In this document: piece after piece, positions 37,889 through 47,046 of the stretch
Position numbering within the stretch: position 1 is the first letter of the stretch
Layout: every line of letters begins with the position of its first letter
From: a virus
Reading direction: 5' to 3' (one strand)
DNA length: 64,000 nucleotides
IMG/VR virus record: IMGVR_UViG_3300038426_000075
Span: 24,039 to 88,038 of that record
The notes under the pieces: generated by a model
Told to the model about the DNA's origin: nothing
Database searches by the model: none
What the model saw: the letters and a program-made list of their open reading frames with translations, nothing else
Translations under genes and position numbers: made by a program

Positions 37889-38266
37889 CTACTTCTCCAA
37901 ATATTTTAATGCCCTATCAATTTTATTTCTTTGATTTTCAACATATCCAACAATCCTATTGCATTGTGCATGTAAAAGCCCCCTGACTCTTCCAGTTATA
38001 TGGTCATGATCTATATGAGTCAAACGGTCTGTCGTAAGTTCTTTATTGCAAATAGGACATAAATTTTCTTGTACAAGTCTAAGCTTTTCCAGACTTTCTA
38101 AGGTCAGCCCGTATCTTTTTTTAAGGATATGTCTTCTCCGTAAAAGACGCCATCGGTCTGGATTCTTTTCTCTCCACTTTTTCTCCGCTAAGTACGCTTG
38201 AGCTTTATGGTTTTGTTTATACTTACGAGATGCTCTGCGAGCTGATTCCTTGCTCATCCTAGCCAT
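37889..38266 (-). CDS. Endonuclease VII family protein
   Basis: YGLT...QENLCPIC...HIDHDHITGRVRGLLHAQCN. Confidence 0.9.
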   Translation of the reverse strand: MARMSKESARRASRKYKQNHKAQAYLAEKKWREKNPDRWRLLRRRHILKKRYGLTLESLEKLRLVQENLCPICNKELTTDRLTHIDHDHITGRVRGLLHAQCNRIVGYVENQRNKIDRALKYLEK

Positions 38267-38272
38267 TCCCTC

Positions 38273-38476
38273 TTAATCATGCCCGAATATCCTCCGGTAG
38301 TTCTCTTTATACGCCTCAGAGACGGTCTTCCCTGTGCAGGCTGGGCATTTACAGAGGCCGTTCGGTGGTCCGGCACTGTGGCTACCATCATATTGTGCTC
38401 CGCATTTCCGACAAGCGAACGCCTCAGATTCTGGGGTTCGCTTCTTACTACGATAGACCGCAACCCAGTCCGACAT
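38273..38476 (-). CDS. Small zinc-ribbon protein
   Basis: CRKC...CPAC, YKENYRRIFG. Confidence 0.55.
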   Translation of the reverse strand: MSDWVAVYRSKKRTPESEAFACRKCGAQYDGSHSAGPPNGLCKCPACTGKTVSEAYKENYRRIFGHD

Positions 38477-38903
38477 CTCTTTCTCCTTGAAACTGTTTGA
38501 GATTGCTCATCCTTCCATCAACTGTCATGTGGCAATGTCTACAGAGAATTTGAACATTTGAGGGATCATTATTTGTTGTATCTCCGTCTCGGTGATGCCG
38601 GTCTGTTGCTTCCTCCCCGCAGAGTTCACATTTGAATAAATGATATCTAAGCCTTGCCCTCTGCCTACCCGATTCTTCAACTATATCATCACCCTTCCAC
38701 ATAGGATTCTTCTCTCCCCACTTTGCCACACGAACCTTTTCCTTTGATTCTTCAGTATGGTGTTTCCCTTTCCAGCCATGGCCCCAAATAAATCTCTTGG
38801 GTTGTCCTTTTATCCACCCGGATCTTCTCGATGTTATTATGGCAATGGGGGCTAAACCTCCGCATCCACATTCACAGAGTTTCTCGGATAGCAATTTGCT
38901 CAC
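38448..38903 (-). CDS. HNH endonuclease with NUMOD3-like motif
   Basis: CECGCG, HHTEESKEK, CELC...RHHRDGDTTNNDPSNVQILCRHCH. Confidence 0.85.
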   Translation of the reverse strand: MSKLLSEKLCECGCGGLAPIAIITSRRSGWIKGQPKRFIWGHGWKGKHHTEESKEKVRVAKWGEKNPMWKGDDIVEESGRQRARLRYHLFKCELCGEEATDRHHRDGDTTNNDPSNVQILCRHCHMTVDGRMSNLKQFQGERDVGLGCGLS

Positions 38904-39057
38904 TTTTCATCCCCTTCTGTAATCTTCGGTGCCTCATCCGATACCCATTCCCATATCTTCTTTGCCTCTTTTATTTCAGACTTTGATACCTGAAATAATT
39001 TCTTTATCGTTTGCTCGAAGTTAACTTTTGCTTTTAAACCTTCAATCATTTCTGACT

Positions 39058-40041
39058 TCATGATGTTTCATTCCTTTTAACTTTATTCAGTGAATCGAAA
39101 TACATAAGAAATTTAAACCTATTAACCGGATTATTATTAAGTTTCTTCTGCAATAACCACTGTGCATAATCACTGCCAGTGACGCCAGCCTTTTCTTCAA
39201 GAAGGCTATATTTATTTTTCCAATCTTCAAAATACCCTTTGGTAAAAAACAGAACCTTGTATCTTCCGGTAGCTCTCAATTCTTGTAATGATTTACGTTC
39301 AAACCTATACTTACGTGGGCCTATAAAGAAATTATCGTAATGCTTCATGGCTTCCCTGGCAAATATATCAGCCGCTTGGATACCGATACTCTCTGTTCGG
39401 GGAGCAAAACTGATTGTGTGAACCAAGCACGGAGCATATTTCCATTCCCACTCAGGTAAGCTTGTCATCCATTCATAGAACACGGCGGTGCTTGGATTAG
39501 TTCTATTGTTTAAATCAAAAGTGAAGTTTACCTTTTCACGAGGAACGGATTTATAAGCCATTCTAGCAAAGAGCATCACGACTTCTAAAAAACACAGGTC
39601 ATAAGGAATAGTATCTAAATTACCAGGGAAATAAGTCCGCCACCCTTGCAAATCAATAGCCTTTACAAAACCCATCAATTTTGTTGCTATAAGAAGATTT
39701 ACAAGCTGTCTGTATAGTTTTAGTCTTTCTTTACGGCTGATGCCCTTGTATTCTCCTTGGCCTGCTTCACAGTCCGCAGCGTGAAAAGGTTTTCCTCCCG
39801 TACGCTGATTCCAAAGAACCGCTAACTCATCCCACTCTTCCTGTGTTCCAGCAATGCCGGAAACCGCAAAAACACGTTGCTCTTTTTCATCATGGCTTTC
39901 GTCTCCGAATACACTCAATACGATTATTACCAGCCTCTTCTTTCTGGCTTGTCTTATTTCTTCTATGCCTATGCTCTTTAGAACGTTTCCAAGGTTATTA
40001 TCCATTAATTTTCTTTGTGTATCAACTACAATTCCTTGCAT
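39058..40041 (-). CDS. DUF3800-like protein (moron)
   Basis: VFGDES...F.VSGI, FHAADC, GIQAADIFA motifs; AT-rich. Confidence 0.75.
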   Translation of the reverse strand: MQGIVVDTQRKLMDNNLGNVLKSIGIEEIRQARKKRLVIIVLSVFGDESHDEKEQRVFAVSGIAGTQEEWDELAVLWNQRTGGKPFHAADCEAGQGEYKGISRKERLKLYRQLVNLLIATKLMGFVKAIDLQGWRTYFPGNLDTIPYDLCFLEVVMLFARMAYKSVPREKVNFTFDLNNRTNPSTAVFYEWMTSLPEWEWKYAPCLVHTISFAPRTESIGIQAADIFAREAMKHYDNFFIGPRKYRFERKSLQELRATGRYKVLFFTKGYFEDWKNKYSLLEEKAGVTGSDYAQWLLQKKLNNNPVNRFKFLMYFDSLNKVKRNETS

Positions 40042-40063
40042 TTTTTCTCATCCCTCCTTTATC

Positions 40064-40091
40064 TTGACATCCCCATCTCCCTTGATATAAT
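40064..40091 (+). promoter_or_regulatory. Consensus sigma70 promoter
   Basis: TTGACA-16 nt-TATAAT with extended -10 TG. Confidence 0.7.
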
Positions 40092-40133
40092 CAGGTTCGG
40101 TCAGAACCAAAATCATATCGAAAGGAGATAGGG

Positions 40134-40481
40134 ATGAATCAACTTACACTTTTGATTTATCTTGATTACGATCCAAAGAACCCCCAAAACGATTTGATTT
40201 CCAGGGCCAGATATATTGAAAAAGAAGATTACGGATCGCTCTTAGGGCGCGACGGCGTAATTCAACTCTCAAATAACGCTCTCTTGTTCGATCAAACCAA
40301 ATCGCATGATGTAATCGTTCAATTATGTAACGATCTAATCTCAATACAAAGGCCTTATCTGATCGTTGCACTGGAAGCAAACGACGCCTTACGGGTCGGA
40401 CCGTTATCCAAAGAAGCTCAAGCCAGTCTAAAAACGTATGGCGTTCCTGTCTTATGTCCACCATCTACAAAAACCTCCTAA
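40134..40481 (+). CDS. Hypothetical moron protein
   Basis: AAGGAG RBS downstream of consensus promoter. Confidence 0.65.
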   Translation: MNQLTLLIYLDYDPKNPQNDLISRARYIEKEDYGSLLGRDGVIQLSNNALLFDQTKSHDVIVQLCNDLISIQRPYLIVALEANDALRVGPLSKEAQASLKTYGVPVLCPPSTKTS

Positions 40482-40497
40482 CAGGAGAAAATGCTAT

Positions 40498-40641
40498 ATG
40501 GAAACTACAATCTGGATCTGCACGGGAATTATTTGCATCTGCATAATCTCTTCAGCTCATGGTATTGCTAAGTCCCTTGGTCAAATTAAAACACTGTTAG
40601 ATGAAATCCTGAGAATCACAAAATACACCTCCAAAATGTAA
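40498..40641 (+). CDS. Small membrane protein (moron)
   Basis: METTIWICTGIICICIISS hydrophobic span; AGGAG RBS. Confidence 0.5.
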   Translation: METTIWICTGIICICIISSAHGIAKSLGQIKTLLDEILRITKYTSKM

Positions 40642-40682
40642 AAAAATGACTCTATCTTTCTCACAATGAAAGGAGACGAATC

Positions 40683-40997
40683 ATGTCATTAGCCGAAGAC
40701 GCAAAACCCATCATGGATCTGATAGAGCAGAAGCAAAATTGCCCTTTATGTGAACATTCAGCGAAATTTATCGGCATTGACAGTGGCCGAAAGAAAAAGT
40801 TTTACTGCACAAACTGTAAGGTCTTCGTAACTCATAAAGACTCCGTGGAAGATATCGCCAAATTGCCAAAAACAATAAGAGAGGCAATTTCAAAAGCATC
40901 AAATCAATGTGCAAATGATATGGTCCTTCTAATCTTGGACGCACAAGATGTAAGAAAAGTCAATTGGCACTGCGAACCAGAGAGCAATTGGTCCTAA
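40683..40997 (+). CDS. Zinc-ribbon moron protein
   Basis: CPLC...CTNC; AAGGAG RBS. Confidence 0.6.
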   Translation: MSLAEDAKPIMDLIEQKQNCPLCEHSAKFIGIDSGRKKKFYCTNCKVFVTHKDSVEDIAKLPKTIREAISKASNQCANDMVLLILDAQDVRKVNWHCEPESNWS

Positions 40998-41322
40998 GAT
41001 CAAGAAAGCTTTCACCATTAGAGAAACCACTTATGCCCGTCAACGTTGGCGGATCATCTTTAAGCTTTTTTATGAATTGCTCTAAAATGTCTGTTGGATC
41101 GTAAACTCTACACGATTCATCCAAAGGGTAAATTGCTATATTCACAAATGGTCTTTTTTCGTTCTTCGGAATCCTTATGTAGTACCGTCGAGAAGGTGAG
41201 AGATTTTTGATTTTCCAGCGAATTTTGAAGCGGAGTAGGAACCATTTGTGTTGTAACCAGGTTAAGGCTCCATAGGCTATTGTGTGCCAAGTATATAATT
41301 GCCCTATATAGATCTCTTCCAT
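40960..41322 (-). CDS. Hypothetical protein
   Basis: Likely start MEEIYI with GGAGG RBS. Confidence 0.45.
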   Translation of the reverse strand: MEEIYIGQLYTWHTIAYGALTWLQHKWFLLRFKIRWKIKNLSPSRRYYIRIPKNEKRPFVNIAIYPLDESCRVYDPTDILEQFIKKLKDDPPTLTGISGFSNGESFLDLRTNCSLVRSAN

Positions 41323-41687
41323 TACTCTACCTCCTTTTGACGTAGACAAGCTAAATGTCCGTGCTCCCCACAAACGCTACAACGCGGATGTATGTCTTTA
41401 TCTCTTTCCCAACGATGACCTTCGTAACAAAGCTGACATCTCAAAGGATCGTATTTCGATGGAAACCAAGGATGAAGCGGGGCCGTTCCCTCAACCGCAT
41501 TGTAGTCAGGATAACTATTCATAAGTGGGGGTGGCTCCGGTAAAGGTTCTTTGCCTTCCAATAGGCGCCTTAACAAAGCAGAATGCTGAACGTCCGGACC
41601 AGTAGTAACATCTCCCCGATATTTATTCTTAATATCCAGCCACTTGGCTACACAATCTAAAATTCTTTTTTGTTCTGTTTCTTCCAT
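41322..41687 (-). CDS. Hypothetical protein
   Basis: Likely start MEETEQ; CQLC/CSVC. Confidence 0.45.
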   Translation of the reverse strand: MEETEQKRILDCVAKWLDIKNKYRGDVTTGPDVQHSALLRRLLEGKEPLPEPPPLMNSYPDYNAVEGTAPLHPWFPSKYDPLRCQLCYEGHRWERDKDIHPRCSVCGEHGHLACLRQKEVE

Positions 41688-41896
41688 GAACTCCACCTCT
41701 TGACCCACTCTTTTATCCGGATCCAAGCAACCATGACTTTCCTTGTCCAAAATAGCCTAAAAAACTGCCGCCAAGTTGGAGTTGGTCTCTGTATCTGGTA
41801 AAGCCGAATCTCATTCTCAATCTTGTCAAACTCCTGTTTTTTTAGTTTGACCCTGACCCGCCTTCCACTCGGGAGAACCAGCTCCATTGATAGCAT
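41657..41896 (-). CDS. Hypothetical protein
   Basis: GGAGG RBS. Confidence 0.45.
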   Translation of the reverse strand: MLSMELVLPSGRRVRVKLKKQEFDKIENEIRLYQIQRPTPTWRQFFRLFWTRKVMVAWIRIKEWVKRWSSWKKQNKKEF

Positions 41897-41912
41897 CTTC
41901 CCTCCTTCTCGG

Positions 41913-42200
41913 TTATTTGGGAAGTTTCGCCCTTCTCTTGGCCTCTGGAAGGACCCGATGCACCAGCAGGCACTCTATGTCAAGGATCGACCAACCAGAG
42001 AGCAGAAACAGGATGCGTGCTTCCATCTTGTCAAGTCGGATCGAAATGCGTGCGCCTTCTGAAATACTCGCTAACGCCCCTGCGGCCAGTTTGGCATTGA
42101 CAGCACCGATATGCTTCAGTGTTTCAGTGTTTAGCCTTTTTGTTTCACGAGCATACTTGGCACACTTCTTTTTTAAGTCCTTCACTTTGGGATTAGTCAC
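41913..42200 (-). CDS. Hypothetical basic protein
   Basis: GGAGG RBS, GTG start. Confidence 0.45.
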   Translation of the reverse strand: MTNPKVKDLKKKCAKYARETKRLNTETLKHIGAVNAKLAAGALASISEGARISIRLDKMEARILFLLSGWSILDIECLLVHRVLPEAKRRAKLPK

Positions 42201-42400
42201 AAGAAACCTCCTTTCTTAGGGTGCAAGTTCACCACATACGACTTCCCCAAATTCTGCGGCTCTACTCGGTCCACCGATGACGGCACATGCCCACACCTCG
42301 AACACTTATACGGGAATGGATTCTTCTTATCCACCACCAAGAGCTCCAGCTGGCCGCCACACATGTTACAGAACTGCTGCGTCACACCATCATCGTACAA
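42197..42400 (-). CDS. Small zinc-ribbon protein
   Basis: CNMC...CSRC. Confidence 0.5.
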   Translation of the reverse strand: MYDDGVTQQFCNMCGGQLELLVVDKKNPFPYKCSRCGHVPSSVDRVEPQNLGKSYVVNLHPKKGGFL

Positions 42401-42960
42401 AATCTTCCCCTTCCATCATGGCCCAAGACCACCGGAACTTCTTGAAACTGATTAAGGTTCTTCATTCGGCCATCAGCTTTCATGTGGCAAGACCTACATA
42501 AAAACAATACGTTTTCAGGCTCATTGTTTGTGGTATCCCCATCTTTATGATGCCTATCAAGAGCTGGTCTCTCTCCACATTCCTGGCACTCTCCAATGGA
42601 AGTGTACATTCTTACTGCCCTTTGATTGCCGGAGAGCTTCCAGATTATAGACTTTCCCTTCCACTTTGGGTTAAGTTCTCCTACCTTTGCTTTGCCCATC
42701 TTCTCCCTTGTCTCTTTAGACCGTACCTTCCCAAGAGTTGAGCTTCGTATTTTTTCTTTGGTTTCCTCGGATACCACCCTTCTACACCCTGCAATGCTAA
42801 GCTTTTGCTTAGCTTCCTCAGTATGATGCATTCCTTCCCGGGCATGCCCCTTAATAAACCTCATACCATACCCTTTTACCATGCCCCTGCTTTTGCAAGA
42901 ACTTTCTGCAATAGCAGTCGGTCTTCCACATCCGCATTCACAAAGTTTTACCTCTATCAT
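42382..42960 (-). CDS. HNH endonuclease with NUMOD3 repeats
   Basis: CECGCG, HHTEEAKQK, SEETKEKI, RHHKDGDTTNN...LCRSCH; paralogue of 38448-38903. Confidence 0.9.
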   Translation of the reverse strand: MIEVKLCECGCGRPTAIAESSCKSRGMVKGYGMRFIKGHAREGMHHTEEAKQKLSIAGCRRVVSEETKEKIRSSTLGKVRSKETREKMGKAKVGELNPKWKGKSIIWKLSGNQRAVRMYTSIGECQECGERPALDRHHKDGDTTNNEPENVLFLCRSCHMKADGRMKNLNQFQEVPVVLGHDGRGRFCTMMV

Positions 42961-44603
42961 CTCTTGGTTCCTTTATACCCCTGGTGCATACCGACATTCA
43001 CGGCGTAGCTTTTTGCGAGATTTTGCGCCGGTGGCATATCTGCGGGCTTTGTACGCCTTTGCGTAACCATTGAACAATAAACAACCGCCTCACCCTTGTC
43101 GGGGGATCTTCCCAGCCTCCTCTTGAGCCCGGCAATCTTCACTCCATCAGCCCCTATCTTGTCCTCTTTGGGTTCAATCAGAATCCCCCCAGGGGTCAGC
43201 ATCCATAGGGGAGCACATAGGTCGGCTTTCAGTTCAGGATCCGGAGGTAGAGCAACCTTATCACCCGTCTCTGGGTCTAAGCTCTCCCTGAATCTCCACC
43301 ACATGAAAGACCGCATGTTTCGGAAACGATACTTCTGGGTGGATTTGTCGGTCTTTCCCTCGAGTCCCTTCGTGCTGCCCGAATCAATGGCGATGACCTG
43401 GACCTTAACATTCGTCTTTAGGAAATCTACCACGGCTCCGCCAACCCCAATTCCATCAACATGGATGGGTGCCGCATCTCGCATCGCCTCAATAACCTTA
43501 CCGGCCGCTGATTGGCCATCTGGTGTCTGGATCCCGGGATAGCAGATCAACGGAGAGTACCATGTCCCATAGCGGGTCGAGATCACGGTCCGATCAGTCC
43601 CACCTCGAGCCACATCAACCCCTATGGAATCCATAGCCCCCTTCTTTCCATCCTCTTTCCAGCGAGCCTGGGCCTCGTCAACCCATGCCGTGGGGATCAC
43701 CTGCCATTCCGAATCACGGACGCCAGCCTGGAAGTTCCCTTCGAGCATTTGGGAGCGTAGGGGCTCCGGAGAGGCCTGAAGTGTGGCCTCATAGTTTGTG
43801 CCCACCAAAAAGGGGTTGTCTTGAATCTTGGATGGAATGAAGGTCCTAGACATCGGCTTGACCATGACGCCTTTAATCATGATCGGATTCCCATCCGGGA
43901 CCTCGATATCCTTTCCATCCTCTCCCGTGGTGTACCACCGAAGTTCGCCAGGTTTGGCAGGGTGTGGATGCTTTGGATCGATCCAGGGTCCCCAAAATTG
44001 GATCACCCACCGACCATTCGCATCAACCGGCGGGTTACCCGTGCAGACGATCCGACACCGCTGTCCTTCAAGTGTCGTTCGAAGCCAAAGGATTAAGAAG
44101 CGGAATTGGTATTCCAGGAAGCCGGGGAGTTCGTCAAAACCAATAAAATCATGAGCACGCCCTTGCCAGCGAGTTTCATCTCCCGGATCTTTACAGCTTC
44201 CAAACTCAATCTGTCGGTCCGGAAGTCTCCAAATTCCCTTTGTGTCGTTGAAACCCTCTCGGGTCCCAAGTATCTCCGCCAAGCGATCAACTAATGCAAC
44301 GGTCTGTGTTGCCTCACGTCGATAGATGATGGAGCGCCTATGCTCGTATAGAGAAAGGCCAAGAAGAAGATCCGATTTACTTCCCCCCGCGGCTCCGCCA
44401 AAGAAGATAATATCCGCAGGGCTTTGGTAGGCATCCAGTTGTGTTCCAGGAGTGGGAACCCACAGGCGTTTCTTGGAGGCATCAAAGACCTCTTTAGCCA
44501 GTTCTGACTTTTGCTCAGGGTTTAATCCCCGCTCAATGAAGTCTTTGAGCTCAAGGATCTGTTTTGCATACGTCTGCAATGGGGGCCCCTTTCTTTTCCG
44601 CAT
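42957..44603 (-). CDS. terL: Terminase large subunit
   Basis: FGGAAGGSKS Walker A, FIGFDEL Walker B, TGNPP, GVDVARGGTD nuclease, RSPDKGEA. Confidence 0.95.
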   Translation of the reverse strand: MRKRKGPPLQTYAKQILELKDFIERGLNPEQKSELAKEVFDASKKRLWVPTPGTQLDAYQSPADIIFFGGAAGGSKSDLLLGLSLYEHRRSIIYRREATQTVALVDRLAEILGTREGFNDTKGIWRLPDRQIEFGSCKDPGDETRWQGRAHDFIGFDELPGFLEYQFRFLILWLRTTLEGQRCRIVCTGNPPVDANGRWVIQFWGPWIDPKHPHPAKPGELRWYTTGEDGKDIEVPDGNPIMIKGVMVKPMSRTFIPSKIQDNPFLVGTNYEATLQASPEPLRSQMLEGNFQAGVRDSEWQVIPTAWVDEAQARWKEDGKKGAMDSIGVDVARGGTDRTVISTRYGTWYSPLICYPGIQTPDGQSAAGKVIEAMRDAAPIHVDGIGVGGAVVDFLKTNVKVQVIAIDSGSTKGLEGKTDKSTQKYRFRNMRSFMWWRFRESLDPETGDKVALPPDPELKADLCAPLWMLTPGGILIEPKEDKIGADGVKIAGLKRRLGRSPDKGEAVVYCSMVTQRRTKPADMPPAQNLAKSYAVNVGMHQGYKGTKR

Positions 44604-45195
44604 CCAATTTCTTCACTGTCTCAACTGCGAGCTTCACAAGGTAAACGATCCTTTGACTGATCTGAAGGGTAGTCATGTTCTTGACTATTTCCTCATCCTC
44701 ATCATCCTCATCACGATGCTTCCCGTTGCCAATGACTCCGAGATTCTTGGCCATATTCGTAAGAGAGGGATTCGGATCCCAAAGCCTAACCTTTTTGGTA
44801 TGGCCAATAAGGATACGATCTGCCCCTTTTCCCTGGTATTCCTCAAAGGTCTCAACTCCCGCTACTGCGGGCACTATCTCGTCCGGCCATTCATTGGGAG
44901 GCAATAGGGTTCCATTGGGCCCAAAGATCTTCCGAATGTCAGCAAACCCAAGCCGAGCCATCCGGATCAGGATCTGGGCACCCTCTACGCCCGCTTGGGT
45001 CAATCGGTCCTCTTCTTCCAGTTCTATGGCTTCTTTAACAGGTAACGTTTTGTAACGGAGGTCATAAGCGGTTTGTTTAGCTCTTTTCGGACTATACCCA
45101 GCCTCAATAGCAGCTCGAGATCCATTGAAATCCTTTAGGAATTCAGCAACAAAAACCTTCTGTTTTCCCGTGAGCTTACGAGTTTTTGATTTCAT
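44551..45195 (-). CDS. terS: Terminase small subunit
   Basis: LTGKQKVFVAEFLKDFNGSRAAIEAGYS HTH; overlaps terL start. Confidence 0.9.
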   Translation of the reverse strand: MKSKTRKLTGKQKVFVAEFLKDFNGSRAAIEAGYSPKRAKQTAYDLRYKTLPVKEAIELEEEDRLTQAGVEGAQILIRMARLGFADIRKIFGPNGTLLPPNEWPDEIVPAVAGVETFEEYQGKGADRILIGHTKKVRLWDPNPSLTNMAKNLGVIGNGKHRDEDDEDEEIVKNMTTLQISQRIVYLVKLAVETVKKLDAEKKGAPIADVCKTDP

Positions 45196-45238
45196 GTAAA
45201 ATGGATCTCCCCTGTACGATTACTTCTTGATTTTTATT

Positions 45239-45407
45239 AGGGTGGGTAGGAGAGGGTTCCTAACTGGAGATGATGAACCAGCGCTTTCGCCCCACCCTCT
45301 TATTTCCAATCTTCACAGAATGGGGAAGCAGGGAGTTCTGGTCGGTGAGGTAAAATAGAAACCAACGTATCGGTGTTGGGGGAACCGCCAGTTGCTTTGC
45401 TTCCCCA
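45239..45407 (-). ncRNA. Two candidate structured RNAs/elements
   Basis: Closing stems AGGGTGGG/CCCACCCT (45239-45298, three inner hairpins) and TGGGGAAGCA/TGCTTCCCCA (45321-45407). Confidence 0.4.
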
Positions 45408-45483
45408 AATTTTACATAAAATTTAGAGGCAGGGTTTAAAACCCTGCCTTTGGTTACTTTCCGAACTTACCTACCCTACCTTC

Positions 45484-45927
45484 TTAGAGTCCCAAAGCTG
45501 TAACATACGGTAATATTTTTGCTAAGACCGCAGGAAAGAATGTCTGCATGATTTTATCTACCCCACTTTTGCCAATAGACCCCCAGATCCATCCCCACAG
45601 GGTAACTATTTGTCCCATGTCGGTATCTGTAAGTTCCTGACAGGTCAGGACCCCATTGGAATCTTTCGCCACACACTTCGCTGAGAGGGTATTGAGAGTC
45701 TTGATATCACCATCGCAGTCACAGGGCAGAAGACCCTTAAATTTAACCAGCACAACCGAAAGGGCACCTGAGTTGAGTGGCCATGTCCTGGCAATTTCTT
45801 GGGCTACAATGCGGGTTGAGGCAGCATTAGTCGCATCCATCTGTGCAACACTAATGACAGTCTTTTGCCATGATGCACAGCCCGCTAAAAACATTAAAAG
45901 AAATGACATTATGACGAGCTTTTTCAT
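45484..45927 (-). CDS. Lipoprotein
   Basis: MKKLVIMSFLLMFLAG/C lipobox. Confidence 0.75.
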   Translation of the reverse strand: MKKLVIMSFLLMFLAGCASWQKTVISVAQMDATNAASTRIVAQEIARTWPLNSGALSVVLVKFKGLLPCDCDGDIKTLNTLSAKCVAKDSNGVLTCQELTDTDMGQIVTLWGWIWGSIGKSGVDKIMQTFFPAVLAKILPYVTALGL

Positions 45928-45998
45928 TTTACTTTACCTCCTTTCCTTTAAGTAAGTGGGAACTGACAAATCCGGTACGCCAGTTCCCATCATTTATC

Positions 45999-46709
45999 TC
46001 AATTCCTTCCAAATGGAATGATGTTCCCATCTTCTATCAAAAACCCCTTCAATGGAGACTCGTACCCTGCACCTGAATTATGGTTATTCCCAACATCCTT
46101 GAAAGCGTGGGTGTGTCCGTAGAGAAAATCCCATCCTGGATTTGCATCTGTAAGTTCCTGACGCATCTGTTTAACTGCTAAATGTCGATTTGGATTTGAA
46201 GGATGAGGAGAAGTTTCTGGGTCAATGCCAAGTTTGTCGGCTGCCCTGACAGCGAATCTTCCTATCTTCCAGCCTTCGCAGTTAGGCCAATCGTAAAGGT
46301 GGCCGTGGTCAAGGAATATTTTTTTACCGTACCCTTCGAAAATGTAAGCGATTGGAAGTGTCAGGAGATCCTTGGAATGGTTACTGTCTACCCAGTAAAG
46401 TTCCCCAACCCCTCCATAAGCATCGATTGCTCGAATTAAATCAGAATGAGCTGCATACATATTGACAAGATCGAATCCTCTCCAAACATCAAAGAACTCA
46501 CTCCCTAAGAGTGCATACCCCTTGCTCCTGAAATCCTTCAAGATGTCAATAATTAGTGGTTCAGTTCCAGCTGCCTTTAGAGGATCATGGTCATCTCCGG
46601 CCGCAGCGTGAAGATCGGAGATGTTGAGGCACTTCGCCGGCAAAGGAAGATGAGGAAGCGTTTTGATTAAATATTCGAATTTTTCTTGTAGGCTCATTTT
46701 ATCCACCAC
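45999..46709 (-). CDS. Calcineurin-like metallophosphoesterase
   Basis: ISDLH, SNH, HGH, GHTH, NSG motifs. Confidence 0.75.
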   Translation of the reverse strand: MVDKMSLQEKFEYLIKTLPHLPLPAKCLNISDLHAAAGDDHDPLKAAGTEPLIIDILKDFRSKGYALLGSEFFDVWRGFDLVNMYAAHSDLIRAIDAYGGVGELYWVDSNHSKDLLTLPIAYIFEGYGKKIFLDHGHLYDWPNCEGWKIGRFAVRAADKLGIDPETSPHPSNPNRHLAVKQMRQELTDANPGWDFLYGHTHAFKDVGNNHNSGAGYESPLKGFLIEDGNIIPFGRN

Positions 46710-46716
46710 TCCCTTC

Positions 46717-47046
46717 TTATTGTTTGAGCTTTATATTGGCTGGAATAGTAGGTGATGCTGGACGAGTAAATACGAAAGGGGTTGTGCTTGAGCACAATAA
46801 CCCCCATACTGGGTCAGTCAAACAGGCTGCCACAGTTAAAGAATTTAATCCTACAGTTGCTGCTGATACATCCATCTTGATACTTCCATCTGCCTGTGCT
46901 GTCACGGTCACAGGAACCCATGCTGGGCCGGTAAGAGAGTAACTTGTTACTCCTGTCTGTGGATCACAGACTAAGAAGGGACCTGCACAAGCCACCGATG
47001 CCATTAAAACAATACCAATTGCCAATAAAATAATCTTTTTAATCAT
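46717..47046 (-). CDS. Small secreted beta-sandwich protein
   Basis: Signal peptide ...MASVACA/GP. Confidence 0.65.
   Translation of the reverse strand: MIKKIILLAIGIVLMASVACAGPFLVCDPQTGVTSYSLTGPAWVPVTVTAQADGSIKMDVSAATVGLNSLTVAACLTDPVWGLLCSSTTPFVFTRPASPTIPANIKLKQ

Noticed and set aside
45239-45298. tRNA or hammerhead ribozyme
   Set aside because: No T-loop, anticodon arm or CCA; no CUGAnGA/GAAA core in the correct arrangement
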